A stretch of DNA of 64,000 bases from Selaginella moellendorffii. Taxonomy: Eukaryota; Plantae; Lycopodiophyta. The notes under the pieces were generated by a model. It did not search any database and had not been told where the DNA came from. It saw nothing but the letters and a program-made list of their open reading frames with translations. A program made the position numbers and the translations under genes. Positions 1-13,776 of this stretch are shown here, piece after piece. Numbering within the stretch: the stretch's first letter is position 1; each line of letters opens with the position of its first letter. The stretch covers positions 1,301,718 through 1,365,717 of the forward strand of contig NW_003314286.1 in assembly GCF_000143415.4 (NCBI RefSeq). Direction: 5' to 3'.

Positions 1-3000
1 CTCATGTTGTATCTCTCTCTCGCTCGCAACTTGGTAGCATTGATGGAAAAAGTTTCGGAAGAAAAAAAGAGAGATGCCGATTCTGTACTGACAAGTCGTT
101 GGTCTCCTCTCTGTTCAAACGTTTGTTTCGTCTGGAATCATACGGGTCCCAAGATCTAAAAACTCCACGGTGTGTGATCTGCAGAAGTTTCCACCAACAA
201 AATCAGCTCTCGTCTTACTTTTCGTGCTGCTCGCTGACTCGAAAAGTGGTCATGAAATGGAAGATAGAAATCATCGTCACCTCTCCTCCATGTCCGGTCG
301 ACGTAGCATCTGGAAGCCACTTTAGAAATCATGTTCATAAGAAGATGGGGTTCCAAGCGCTGAGGCTGCCAACCTGAGCCCATTATTATCACAATTCGTA
401 CTCATTAAATGCAAAGGAGATGCCACGAAAGCGTACCTCAAAGCAGTGTGCGTGCTGGAAGGAAGAAGAAAACCAAAAGAAAGAAGGCCAATAATTTTTG
501 TCACAGCAACAGTCCACTGTGCCAGCAGCAGCAGCGGCAGCCCAGTGAGTGGGGCAAGAACTGTTTCCAAAACAGAAGGCTTTGGAGTTGGAAGAGAGCC
601 GCTCCTGCCTGCCATCATCTCCATGCTCGTCCTTGGCCTTTTACGATGCACTTATCACGTGGCTGGCCGTGGCTAGGCCCTCCGCCAAAGCAGCAAGCGA
701 ACAACCAAAAAGCATCTTGCTTTGGTGGGTGGCCACACTTTCGTGAGCTCTAGAAACTTTAAGAGATGCTTTCTGGGAATCAGAGTCGGTCCTTCGACAC
801 CTGAGCTCCAATCTAAACTGTTTTACTCCCTCCTAAACACAGCACACACACTTAGGAGTCCACCACAGCCTTTGAAAACCAACAAGAGGAACTTAACTTT
901 TGTCGTCCACTTGCTCTTCGCTTGACAGAACTCGAATTTGTCTCGCTGAACATCAAAAGCTGAAAAGCGACATGACAAAGCTTACCTGTGCAGCGTCCGG
1001 CCTCGCAGATCTGGTACTAGCTTCTCCAGACCTTACATTGACACCAGTTCGTCCAAATCGCGCTACTGGGGTAGTGGTGTCTAGGTAGTCAATTTGCACT
1101 GATATTCTCTGCTCCAAATCCTCCACTGTTCCACAAAAGGTAAGCACGTCATTTCAAGTCTAACACGCGAAAATGTTGGCCAACGTCCTGTACTTGCCAA
1201 ACTTTTACCTTTTAGAACCTCTTCATGCTGTATTTCAGTGATACATACAACTCCTCCAGCCCGTCTGTCAGATGAACTAGTTAAAAGAAGAAAAGTGTAC
1301 AAATCCCGCCGGCGGAAAACGTCAAAGCACATTGAATCAACACGCCAACAAATCTAACCTTTTGAAAGCACTGTTTGAGCTCCAATATGCGCTTTTGTCT
1401 TCTGGCCTGAGGAAAGGAACACGTCTATTAAAAAAGGAAGCCCGAGAATGTAGAGCTTACGCAGGAACAAGACGTGGCGATGTTGAGGCCGAATTCCATC
1501 AGCATGTCTGAGACCTTGATTGAGAGTCATGGCGTTGTTGCCTTGCGATCAATTAAAACTGCCAGTGCGCCACAGATGAAGTGTCGCGAGGCTGCAGTGA
1601 TACAATAGGAGCTTGTCTCCATTTTAACTTGTCTGGTATATATATCAACCGCGCCTTGAGAGCTCTCTGGACGATCCACATCTTTTCTTGGTTCTATTTG
1701 CTGAAGTTGGATGATTTTAACTTGTAGAACCCTGGCAGCAGCAAATAACGCCGATGTGAAAGCGGTACAGTAACCCAAGAGAAAGCATACAACAGTTTAC
1801 CTGGATTTTGCGCCAAGCTTAAAGTTCACTTTGCTGCATTAAAAAGCGCGCTACTCCTCTTGCCCAACACTTGACTGGCATAGCCGGACCCGGCCTGGCG
1901 TCCACTGGATAACAGCAAAGTTCTTATCAGTTTTTATAGCTAGGCAGTCCGGATTCTAAAGCGAAAAAAAATGCCAGTACCTGGAGAAACGCTCCAAGCC
2001 ACGATTCCAGCTCGTTGCTTTGAGCGCCAATCTTTGTCTCTGCACTACAACAGTCCCCCAGTGCAGTCCGGTCCATGCCTGGGAATTTCCAAATGCATGA
2101 ATGCGAAGAAAACACGCGAATCGCTACAAGGAACTTGAATGGAGATGGAGCCATGGATCAGACACCTAGAAATTTCTGCCGATTGCTGCAAGGACACCGA
2201 AATAGGCGCCAAGAATCCAAGATCATGCCAGGAACAGGACTGATCCGACTATCGCGTACCTGGATCGTGGATTTGACGTCGCTCCGGCGCACCGCCCCGG
2301 CATTCTCAGCTCTAGGGTAAAATGGGAGGGAAGACCCCAGGATATTCTCTTCACGTGGGAGGGAATCCCCTCGTTACTGACAAGATGCAAACTAACGCCT
2401 CTATCTAGGGCAGGGCTCAACCGGGGAACGTTAACTGGATCGGGCCTCTAGTGGGGAAGTCTCCAGTTACTTTAATGCCGCACTTTTACACTTGCTCCCT
2501 AACTTAATGGTCTCCAGAGTGAACTACATATCGCTTTCTCCATTCTAGCCTCTAGCTAGGCAGCCAGCCGAGCGAATCACCGCGGGCCACGTGTTGGAAT
2601 CGCTGTTGGTGAGATCCTTTGCCACGTGCCATCTGGGATCTCTGTGTTGTGGAGTGGCAAGAGTTTAAAGTGTAGCTATGAGATCATCATGGGAGAAAAC
2701 CCAGAGGAACACAGAGAGAACAGAAAGAGAAGGAAAGCTGGATGAGATAAGAAAGGGAAATGTGTTGTAAGAAATTTAATACTTTTTTTAAGTGGAATGG
2801 AAGAGAGCAAGCACAGTCCAATTCTGGTTGGTTGCAAGCTCCATGTTGTTCCTGAAGCTCTTCCTTTGCAGTCCTGTGTCCAAAGTGGCCAGAGATCTGG
2901 AAAACCATTTTTGTTGCCTAGTTGACAGAGAAATGGAACAACAACACCAAACTCCGGATTATACCTTTGGAATCACCGTAGTGATTGATTCACAGGAGAG

Positions 3001-6000
3001 GAATCAATCACTGTAGAGACAGGTGAAAGTTCTCACTAGGCAGGGATCCCCCTCAATCCAAATCTGAGTCCTTGGCCAGTCAAATATTACATCCCAGCAG
3101 TAAATTATGTGGTTCCTGGACTGCATAAAGTGGTATGTATCTATCATCCAAACATATAATATAAAAATAAACACTTTAAAAAGTTTTCTTTCTTCATTGC
3201 AGTCACATTACAAGAGGAAAGCTAGAAAGATCTTGTTGTCAATGACGATGTGTTTTCTGCCTCTTCCCCCTGGCATGATCTTCTGAAAGCCTCAAGAAGA
3301 AAATAACGATGGCAATGCATGAAACCTCAAATCTAAAGCCTGGAACCTGAAGTTGATTGGATTCAAACACCTAGAGCCAAATCCATCCTTTACATTCCTA
3401 TTCAATACGAGCAATGTGGACCCCCAAGGTCCATCTAGGTCACTGCCGGGTCACTGTAATGAAATAAGGGAAAGCTTTTGCTTTCCAAACCTTGTAAAAA
3501 GAGAAAAAAAAAAAACCGAAAGAAATTGTCTCGCCTATCCTTCTAGCATATTGTCTGCAAGTACTCACCAATGCTACTACCACTAACGCTCTCAATCACA
3601 TTCACATCCCATCCATCCATCCACTTCAAGATTGGAGTTTTAACTCGCCTGGAGAGGGCTTCGTCCCATAGTTGACAAGCCGGCCATCAACATTGGCAGA
3701 TCATTGTTTGTGCAGGCACCCAAAGGTACCCTTTCAACAAAAAGTACCACAGCCCAAGCAAGGCCACATTGCTTGATAGAAACAAGTGAGGCTAACATTA
3801 TTTAAAGTTATGCATTGTTGTATTGTTGTGGTTTTATTTGTATTCGCATTCTTATTTAGCGTGGGATCATCTCTTGGATACGTGTGCGTGGGGACGAACG
3901 TGCAACTCCTCCATTTTCAAAGTGGGCATGGCATTTTGAAATTTGAATCGTTCCAAGGCACGTGATAATCTTGGTGCCCTAATGAATCGTCCACCAACCT
4001 GATTATATACTGATTTGTGAAAAAACCTTATGGTACGGATTGACTGTGATGTACAGCTTTTAGAGCGAATGCAACTTGATGCTGCTGGTCCAGCAAAATG
4101 CGCTGAATTCCACGAAATAAGATAGAGATGCGCCCCCGGAATCTCTCCTTCCACTGGTTATCTTTTCTTGAGAAGAACGAAGGAGAAGCTTTTCTTTTGC
4201 CCCTTTGGAAGACAAACAGTACTTCAAGTTGCTTGCTTGCTCAGTGGTGGTCCATGGGTGGTGGTGGTCCATGTCTAAGAAACTTGTTTCGTAGATCATG
4301 AGAAAGCCTTTTGCTTTGATATTGGCTGAACTGAGGGTGTGATAATCCTTGAAAAGGGAAAGAGTTTCATAGCAAACAGGAAAAGAGAGGAAGGGATTCT
4401 AGAACGCTAACGAGTGTGGATCCTTGGGGTTTATTCCGTTTGCATACCAAACGGTGACGTAAGTCAAGGGGGCCAGACTAGAACGCGCACCACGCTTTGG
4501 CAACCGCATTAAGAATGTGGGCCAACATCATATGCTGTTTGGGGATCATTATTGGTATTGGGGCCTTGCTTGAGCGCTCCTCCTTTTGTCAAGATCTCAG
4601 GGCCAGAAGCCAAAGAAAGTAGAGCATTCCCTCAACACAAGTTTGATCTCATAAACTACGCTTTCAAACAGGAATTTGACTGTTTGGTATAGTGGCAATC
4701 AAAAGAAGGAAAGATTGGCAAAGATGGGGATCTGTCAGCAGGAATGCCTTACAACACCTTACTCGGCACTCCCCCTTGACTCCGCTTTGAATGGAAGTAT
4801 ACGTCTTTGTTGTGAGGATCCCTAAATGGAAGGTTGGCGGAGGTCTTAAAAACCCTTTGCAAAGATAGCCAAGAAAAAACAAACCAACAAACAAACAAAC
4901 TAGTAGCGCGCCAACAAAACACTACCTTGAAATATACGTACCCTGTATTTGTGCATTCGTGCGGGCGGTCGATTCCAGCGCCCAGCTGTTGTTTGAAGCT
5001 GGTGCACCTACATTCTAACGTGTTCACTGTTAGCGTCATAAAAGTTGTCATTGAGTTCCCATCCCACTGAAAGGAATGTTTGTTCCATCCTTCGAGCCCG
5101 CGAGAACAGGCGAGATTCCAAGAGCCTCTCATTTATGTAAATGGTGGCTCGTATAGTAGCAAGCGTGAGCGAGTAGCCTAGTTGTAAACTGGAGCTCCCC
5201 CAGGGGTCACTGTTTGCTTGATATCAACAGCCCCGGGGCGATCGATCCAGGGCTCAAGTCCTCGTCGTGACAGGGATCCGTCAAAGTACACACATCTCCA
5301 CTAAAGAGCTGATCACTCTCCCTCGCAGCAATCATCGCAATGACTGCTCCCTGCGACCCTTTTCTCTAATTCCATAAATAATATGATTTGCCAATAATTG
5401 ACCCACTTGTCTAGGAGGTGCTTCACGAAACTTTGAGGCCCATCATTCGCTTGTAACTTGTGTGTGTGTGTGCACAGCGAAGTTTTAGTGGTTTTCTAAT
5501 CGCAAAAGCAAAGCACACAGGCAAAAGGAGCTACACGGCCCCAGGTGTTTCGATAAGTTGTTTATTTCTTCTAGCGCTCTGGAAGGCGTGACAATGCCGC
5601 TAAAACAAATAGATTCGACGAGCTTTTTCAATTGGTGGTGGCCATATTCTTTTTGGAAATTAAATGTTTAGTATATATAGATCTCAAAGGGGGGCACAAC
5701 ATCCGATCCGGCTGCATTGTCCTCGAGAGAGATGTATACGTTGTTGTCGTTGGATCCCATTTTGACTATCTTCCCTATTCACTATCACGCATTGGAATCA
5801 CAAAACAACGATTAGACACACACACACACACACATAACATATACATATATTGCGCAGAAGAAAGATTAACAAAGGATCACAGCCGGACCGATCTGATGCC
5901 TAGCTGCGATTGAATGTTCCTGAGGAAAAAGATCGATCCAAGCGTCCGATACGAGGCATAGTCGTGGCTGGCGGAAGTTTTCCGCGCTTAAACAAACCGG

Positions 6001-7849
6001 ATATGGAATGGAATAATCTCCGTCCGTACGCTCGCCTCTCACACAACACGTGATCCTCTTACACAACTCTAGTGCCACAATCATGTTTGGTGGTGTGGAC
6101 GAGCGTACGGAATGATCCTGTGGCCAATTAGGAGGGGTCGCGAGCTTTTCTATCTTTCTTTCCGGTGGGGCCTCTTTCTTTGAGGAAGAATGCACTGGCT
6201 TCGAGGGATGGGTTGAATTGAACCGCTGGAATCAATCAATCAGGCGAGCACAGAGAGAGGGGCACAGCACAAAGGCAAGGGAGGAATTTTTTCCATCGTG
6301 CATTGTCCCACCGAGTTTTAAGGTAGATAGGTGTGATCAAACTTATGTATGCTTATCTTATATAGTTTAGAGCCCCGCCATCCACGCCAAGGTTAAATTT
6401 ATGATTAGCAAGCTCGATCTCCCGGGCTGACATGTTTCCACTATGTTTTCTCTTTTCCTTTTCTTTAACAATGGGGGAGGAATATACCCCAGGGTAAACA
6501 ATGCCAGGGTAAACCCAACCTCGGATCCTGGAAGACAAGGATCTCGCTCATTAAAAGAAGGCTCTTCAGAGCCTCTGGAGCGCAAAGCAAAGCCTGGCAA
6601 TCTTAGAAAGGACAAGGAAGCAAGCAAACATGATCCATGTTTCTTTTTCTCCCATTTTTTTTTCTTATTATTTTCCGCCTTTCTGAAAAGGAAAAGACAG
6701 AAAAAGACAGAGAGAAAGAAAAAGAAAAGGCGAAAAAAAAAGGCGATTATGAAGAGAAAAGAAAGAAATTTGCTCGCTAGAGACCATATAGCGACGAACC
6801 ACACATGCAAACAGCGACCCGAGAAGGACGCACCCCTTAGCTGGGGCCTGGCCTTACCGCGCATTTACACCAAGCCCTTAGGGCAAAGTACACTGGACCA
6901 TATTATATCCTCCCTGTGCCAATGCAGGTGGCCCGCGTACTTTGGGGCACCCGCAATTCAACCATGTGACGGTGACGGCACTCCGTCACCGTCACTGCCG
7001 TACGAGGCTCCCGGTGTGTGCTGCCGTCAGTGGCCCCACCACCCTCACTGACGGCGCCACCACCTTGAATGGCGCCGTCAGCCTTTCTTCCGTTAACTGG
7101 TCCCCGCGCAACGGAGTGGTTTGGTGTGCGAGAAATTTCCCCATTCTTGGCATTTTGTTTTGTGCCTCCCCTTTTTCTTTGCTCCTTTTCTCCGTTGGGC
7201 CTCTCTCTGCGGTCCCGGGCTATCTCTGGCGCTCGCAAACAAGGTACAAGATCGATCCCTGGAGATGTGCATTGATAAGAGGAGCTGTGAGTGTGTGTGG
7301 CTTGTTGGATGGAGCCGAGTTATAGCGCCCTAGCACAGAGCCGTGTGATGTGGGGGACCACAAAGGTCGAGGGAAAGAGAGAGAGCTCTCTTGTTGAGAG
7401 CGATGGCGCTCTCGGCTCGATTGCCGGGGCCGTCAATATCCCCAAGATCATACGCAGGGAAGGACTATACCACCAGCCAAAGGAGCCCTAATTTTAAGGG
7501 GGTTTGCTTGCTTGCCCTAATCATGAGGAGGACGACGGTACGGACTTGCGACCCTGTAGCCTGCTTTTTGAGTTCGAGGGAGGTCCCACCTGGGGACGCC
7601 ACTTACGTCAGACCACGCGCGCGCTTTCCGACCCACTGGACGGTTAGGTAGGCACGTATGGAAGGTACCTCCCTCCTTGTTGGCGCCTAAACATTCCCGC
7701 TAAAACCATGGCCACAAAAAAGAAAAGAAATTTTATAAGTAGAGGCGTGGTATTACTATGGTGGTGTGATATTTATTTTGCAAAGCTCGCGGAGAAGGAA
7801 GGGAAGATCTTCCACAACATTTATATTTGATATTGTTTGTCTCTCCACC

Positions 7850-8010
7850 ATCGAGCCGTCGGATGGCGCGGGGATCGAACGGCTGGAGGATGGGAGGCAA
7901 GCACGGCCGTCGGATGCTGGATGCTACGTGCACCTGCCTCGGCCGTTGAGGTGGGGCTCATCGACGGCCTCTTTTCCCCTTGCGGTTGGCCGTCGGATGG
8001 GGCGCGGACG
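7850..8010 (+). promoter_or_regulatory. Probable proximal promoter of the BELL gene (cluster of GCCGTCGGATG / ATCGACGGC motifs)
   Basis: GCCGTCGGATG at ~7856, ~7906 and ~7989, plus related ATCGA(A)CGGC copies. Followed by TATATG at ~8112 and a CT-rich patch at 8210-8250. A similar motif cluster precedes the VAMP gene (14820-14880). Confidence 0.4.
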
Positions 8011-10031
8011 GCCGCGATGCCTTGTCTTGGTTCCACGCCGAGAACTTCACAATATCAGTCTGTATCAGGGCGCGGGCTCCAAGAGCTAAAGAAGAGCTCG
8101 ACTTGTTTGTAGTATATGCTGCGTTTAATCTTAGGTATAGCTCTAGGTTTTTGGCCGATGTTTCCCGAAGAAGCTGAGACGAGACAACGTACCGCATTTG
8201 TCCTTGCCGGTTCTTCTTGATCTCCGCTTCTTCTTTCCTCTCTCTCCTCCGATCTTTGTCCAAGAAATCGCTCCCCGCGCAAGAATTTCCGCCAGAGAAG
8301 GAAGGATCCCGCCAGAGAACGACGATGATCATTGCAAGATCATTGCAATGCGATGGCGCATCGATGCGGCCAGGGTTTTGTGGCCGATCGATCGATATTT
8401 CGGCGGATTCGTGAGATTATCGCGGGCGGGAGGGGAGAGCCGAGCTGGGATCGATCGATCGAGAGCCGGGAGGGTGCGTCGTCGCTGTCGGTGGTTCAGT
8501 AGGTAGTTTGAGCGGATGCCGGGGCAGCGGATGGCCTGTCAGCATCGATCTCTAATGTGACAGTCCGGGGAGGAGCGCGCAAAACATTCGCGGCCTGTTC
8601 GGGCGAATTCTGGAGCACGGCACGGATTGTCTGCATCGCCAGGAATGTGCCGCCGGGCGAGAATCAAGCGCTGCTCTGGGCGGCGGGGCTCCTCCCGAAT
8701 CGACGTTTAGCTGAATTCCTCTCGGTGGCGGCGACGTGGAAAGAATGTGCTTTTGAAGCAGCGATGGCGAATCAGAAGATGTGATTGGCATCGATTGATC
8801 GCCGACACAAGGTAACAAAATATTTCCTCCCACCTTACATCCTTCTCGCCTGGAAATATTTCTTGATGGTTCCTCTTCCCTCTCTCGTTCGTGCTTGCCT
8901 GGAAGAGTATTTACTCGGTGTTCTTCCCGGTGTTGTCAAAAGTGTGCGTGTTTGCTACGGATGATGGATTTGGAATATTTGTGCGTGAGGTTTTTTCCTC
9001 GTTTTCTTCTTTGTTCTTCTCTTTCTCAGGATCCAAAAACGCAGCTAGCTAGCTGCACAGAATTTGTGACAGAACGTTCGGTGGCATCGATGAGATCTCC
9101 TTGGCCTGGGAACAAGATATGATAAGGGAGAAAATGAACTGAATCTCCAGAAGAAGCCTCTGTTAGATGGTGGGCAGAAGAGGAGGAAGAGCGCAAGTTG
9201 CCACTGGTGTCCTGATCAAAAAGTTATCATAGTCCTTGCACGGCAGATTGCTGCAGCAGCGGCGCCAGCGAGCCAGCGTTCGTGAAACTGGCACATCTCC
9301 ATTTTAATGGCGCCTGGTTTTTTAGACACTCTATGGGCAGTTATCATCATCCACCTCTCGACTACTACCACTACTACTGCAAATCATCCAGGAAGGTTCA
9401 TCTTACTCTCCAGGCGATGATCCTCGCAAAAGTTCTCCGCTGGGCTTTTCCACTTTCTCGTTTCTGGTCTCCGGGGCTGTGAGTGGGAAAGCATTGGAAT
9501 CGTGGCTTGCAGAGCGGGGAAAAGCTGGAAAAGGCCGGGGTTGCTGCAGCAGGAGCTTTGGGGAGGAAAGTTTTGAGCAGGCACAGATAGATATGTGGAC
9601 CAGCGGCTCGTCACTTGGAAATATCAGAAGTTGCTGCCGCTGCTGGAAGCCGGATACGGGATTTAAGTGTGGTGATTGTGTGCAAGGCGAGCGCAGCAGG
9701 CCATTATGTATTCCCTCTTGTTTTTTGCGGTCTTTTCTGTTTTTTTTTTCTTCCAGTGTGGTGCTGGCTCAGACTCGTATGTGTGTTTGTGCTGTGTTGA
9801 ATGCTCTCGCCACTTGAGGGGACGCTACTAACGGACTTCGGCTTGGCTTCCTTTTTTTCCAGGTGCCCGAGGAGATAGCGCTATCAACCATCCGCGGACG
9901 GAATTTTTTCAGGGTTGTGAACTCGTTGCTGGGCTGGATAGGTGGTGCCGGGACGGCCTTCTCAGCCGCAGGATCATGGAGCTGAGGTGCTGTGCCAGGT
10001 AAATGCATGAAGAGCTTGTTTCTGCTCGAAA

Positions 10032-13000
10032 ATGAACCATTTCCAGCAGCAACAGACACACGTTGCGCAGCAAAGCCGGCGTGAGAAGTTGAGGATACCA
10101 GGCTCGCTGCATCCTTCCTCGCCTCAGAGTGGTAACCACAGTGATCACTCGGCCGGGTCGGCCTCTGCAGTTTTGGAAGCTCGCCAGGGACAGGATCACA
10201 ATTTCAATGGCTCCACGGCAGTGCGAGGCGGTGGCGGCGGGGGAGGAGGAGCAGGAGGATACCCGGAGCTGCCTTTCCAGAATGTCATGTCGGCGGCGGA
10301 TGCTTACAACTTTGGAGCGGGATCCGAGCTCTTGGCTTACACAGCAGCCAAGGCAAACGGCTTCATGGGGTCGGCTGGGTCAGATATGCTCCCCCCGCAA
10401 ACACCTCTGGCAGCTGCTGCTAGCTTTTCCAATCCCGCTGCTGGCGTCATTTCGAAGAACTCATGGACTGGTACGAGTGGTGGGATAAATGGTCAGCTTG
10501 GTGGTCACTACAATGGAAGCAGCAACCCGTTGAGCATCACTGGAACAGGCTCCCCTCACCCCCCATCCTCCAGCGCAGTCGCAGCGACAATGTTAGGTGG
10601 TTTACAAGGTGGTCCTCAGCAACTCGGGGGGAGGGAGGGGCCGATGACGAGTTACCTCTCCGGGCAGAACAGTGCGCAGGCCGAGGCAATGCAGCTGTTT
10701 CTCACGGGTTATTCGGGCTACTCGGATCCTTCAACGCCCGGGGGCATGGTTTTGATCAGTCCCTCGAGCGGGAGCTCGGTTCAGAGCAGTCAGCTGACTG
10801 GCAGCGCACCTGGGCAGTCTCACTTTATAGGAATTCCACTTACGCAACCCAGTTTATCGCAGCAGGATGCCTCTGGTGGCAATGGTCTTCCCTCCAGTGC
10901 GTTTGCTTCGAGAGGTGGAGCCAACAGTACATACAACTGGAGAAACGGAGGGGACGAGTTTCTTTTTCTGCCATCCAGCGAGGCCACCCAGCAGCGAAAG
11001 TCGATAAGCGGCGAGCCGAGCGGCATAAACCAGATAACCGAACTTTCCGACTACGCTCTACGACAGCCTTCTCTCTCATCCATGCTGGGACAGCAGCATC
11101 AACAGTCCTTGCTGCAAGCTGGCCATCGCCTGGAGATGGATAATTCTCATCAAGGAGCTGCCGCTGGACCGGGATATCACCAGAGCCTCTCGCTTTCCCT
11201 GTCAAATCAGAACGCTCAGCTTCATGCGCGTGAACCGGGCATGAACTCACCAGCTGGTTCTCAAGATGCGAAACGAGGCGTGGGCAAGCTTTCGGGGGAC
11301 CTGAGCCACTTTAGAACTTCGCCCAGGGATGGTGGTGCAAGCTACGTCAACTTGCCGAGCAGCGCGGGCACCAAGCATTCTTACTTTGACGTAGCAGGTC
11401 CAGGACCATCTGCAGTGTCCAACTCGTTCAGCTTCGTGTCCGGCAGTCGGTACTTGAGAGCCGCGCAGCAGCTGCTGGACGAGGTATGCAGCGTGGGGAG
11501 GGGCCTCAAGCAAAGCTCCAAAAGTAAAGGATCGCAGCAAGGCTTGGGTGGTCAAAGCAGTCCAGCTGCAGTCACAAGTTCCCTGCACAAAGAGGCTGCT
11601 CTAACGGAAAATTCAGTGAAAAGTGAAATTACCATAGGATCATCTGCCGTCGCCAGTCCTGGTACAGGACCAGCTACCGTCTCGACAGTCGCACCCTCTA
11701 CTAACACCGCGGAGAGCAAGGAAAATGTATCCGTGCTCACGCCCGATGAAAGGCAGGAGTACGAAGGCAAGAAGACCAAACTTTTGGCTATGCTTCAGGA
11801 GGTACTGTCTCTCTTTTTCTTGCTCTTGACTTCCAACTATCTACTTACTGTAGCTTCGATGAAAAATTTGCAGGTTGATAGGCGTTATCGGCAATACTAT
11901 GACCAAATGCAGGTGGTCATTACTTCCTTCGATGCTGTTGCTGGAGCGGGCGCCGCGACTCCATACACAGCACTCGCGCTGCAAGCAATGTCTCGCTACT
12001 TCAGGTGCCTCCGGGACGCTATAACAGGCCAGATCCAAACGACGTGCAAGGCTCTGGGTGAGGAAGACGTGACGAAGAGCATTACGAGCAGGCCTCTCAC
12101 GTCCCGGCTGCGGTTTATTGATCAACAAATCCGCCAGCAGCGAGCGTACCAGCAATACGGAATGCTGCAGCAGCATGCATGGCGCCCTCAACGGGGATTG
12201 CCGGAGAGATCGGTATCCATTCTACGAGCGTGGCTATTCGAACACTTTCTGCATCCGTAAGTCCTTGAGCTTTTTCGCGTATAGCCACACGCATGGGATG
12301 TCTTTGACGTGCTTGACACGTTCTCTTTTTTGCTTCACAGGTATCCCAAAGACGCAGATAAAATGATGCTCGCTAGGCAGACAGGTCTAACGAGAGGCCA
12401 GGTGCGTGCTTTAAAAAAAGCTTTTGTCCTCGGAAGCTTCTTGTTGTGGCTTAACTTGCTGTGGAATCTCTGCAGGTCTCCAACTGGTTTATTAATGCCC
12501 GAGTCCGGCTCTGGAAGCCTATGGTCGAGGAAATGTATCAGGAGGAGATTAAAGAGCAGGAGCTCGGGGTGGCGTCCGCTAGACTGTTGGCAGATCCAGA
12601 CGAGCGGCACAACCATGATGGAGTTGGAGGGGACTCGCTGACGAGCGACCGGAGCGACAGGGGCGATATGGGGGCCGGGCTGATGCAGCTGGACGGGAGC
12701 TCCGAGCAGCAGAGCTACGCGTCCGAGTATGGAATGCTGGCGTCCATAAGGAAGGCGGACTCGGTACAGATGTTTGGGGCCGCCGACTCAGGGGCGCAAC
12801 ATGTGAAGAAGACGAGGCTGGGGATCCAGGACTCGGTGGGAATGCTGGCGGATCACCACCACCACCACCATCACCATGGTCACCACCACCACCACGCTGG
12901 AGGAGGTCTGGACGTGGAGATGAAAAGCCACGATAGTGGCGAGGGAATCATGTGTGGCGTGCCGCCGCCAGGCTCCCTGGAGAGGCACTTTGTGGACTAT

Positions 13001-13498
13001 GCCGCCGCGCAAAACGGGCCGCTCCACTCGGATCACGGCTTCGACGACCAGAGCAGGGGGTTTGGGAGGACGTCCTACGGTGGCGGATTTTCGTCGCAAC
13101 AGCAGCAGCAGCAGCAGCAGCAGTACCCGGGGAGCAGTGGAGTGTCGCTCACGCTGGGGCTGAGGAACCACGAGAGCCAGCTCCAGCAGCTAGCGGCGGC
13201 GGCGCAGCAGTCGTTCCTCGGCCACCAAAACTTCCTGGCGGTGAGTCGCGGCCACACTCAGCACCACCAGCAGATTGGAGGAGACCATGGAAGCGAGCTG
13301 TGCAACATCTACGAGAACGCCGCCGCGGCCGGGTTGAATGCCGGGCACCAGCACGCACACATTGGAGGAGAGCAAGGAGGAGGAGGAGGAGGTGGTGGTG
13401 GTGGTGGCGGCGGCGGCGGCGGCGGCGGCATTGATTATAGCCAAGGCCGCAAGCAGCAGCATATGGAGGGCCATCTTTTGCATGACTTTGTAGCGTGA
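10032..13498 (+). CDS. BLH: BEL1-like (BELL/TALE) homeodomain transcription factor; exons 10032-11801, 11874-12256, 12341-12401, 12476-13498
   Basis: N-terminal [15 protein letters not shown] box ([15 protein letters not shown]), BELL/POX domain ([15 protein letters not shown]), homeodomain [12 protein letters not shown]...HPYPKD...[24 protein letters not shown]-terminal LLHDFVA. GT-AG introns restore frame, including the 61-bp third exon typical of BELL genes. Confidence 0.97.
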
Positions 13499-13776
13499 AA
13501 GAGGCAGCACAGCCACGGCACAGCAGTTTAAAACTCCCTGCGGCAACGATCCCGTCCGTAGCCCAGGGGTGTAATTCTATAAAAGAGCAGAAGAAGAAAT
13601 GAATAGATTTCCATCTAGACTACGCGAAAAAGCATATCCTCTAGAATATACCTAACAGAGTAGTATATTCCAAGAATATAATCAGAAAAGCATATTCTAT
13701 AGCATATCTTAAACCCTAAAAGGACATTCTGCGAATCAGCATATCCGGCGTATTTCTGGAATTTACACACGGGGTT

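Noticed and set aside
6367-7051. ORFs of 165 and 202 aa upstream of BELL
   Set aside because: Arise from an A/G-rich low-complexity tract; no recognisable motif.
7415-7442. miR171-like sequence (GCCGTCAATATC)
   Set aside because: Only a partial match to the mature miRNA, with no convincing precursor stem.
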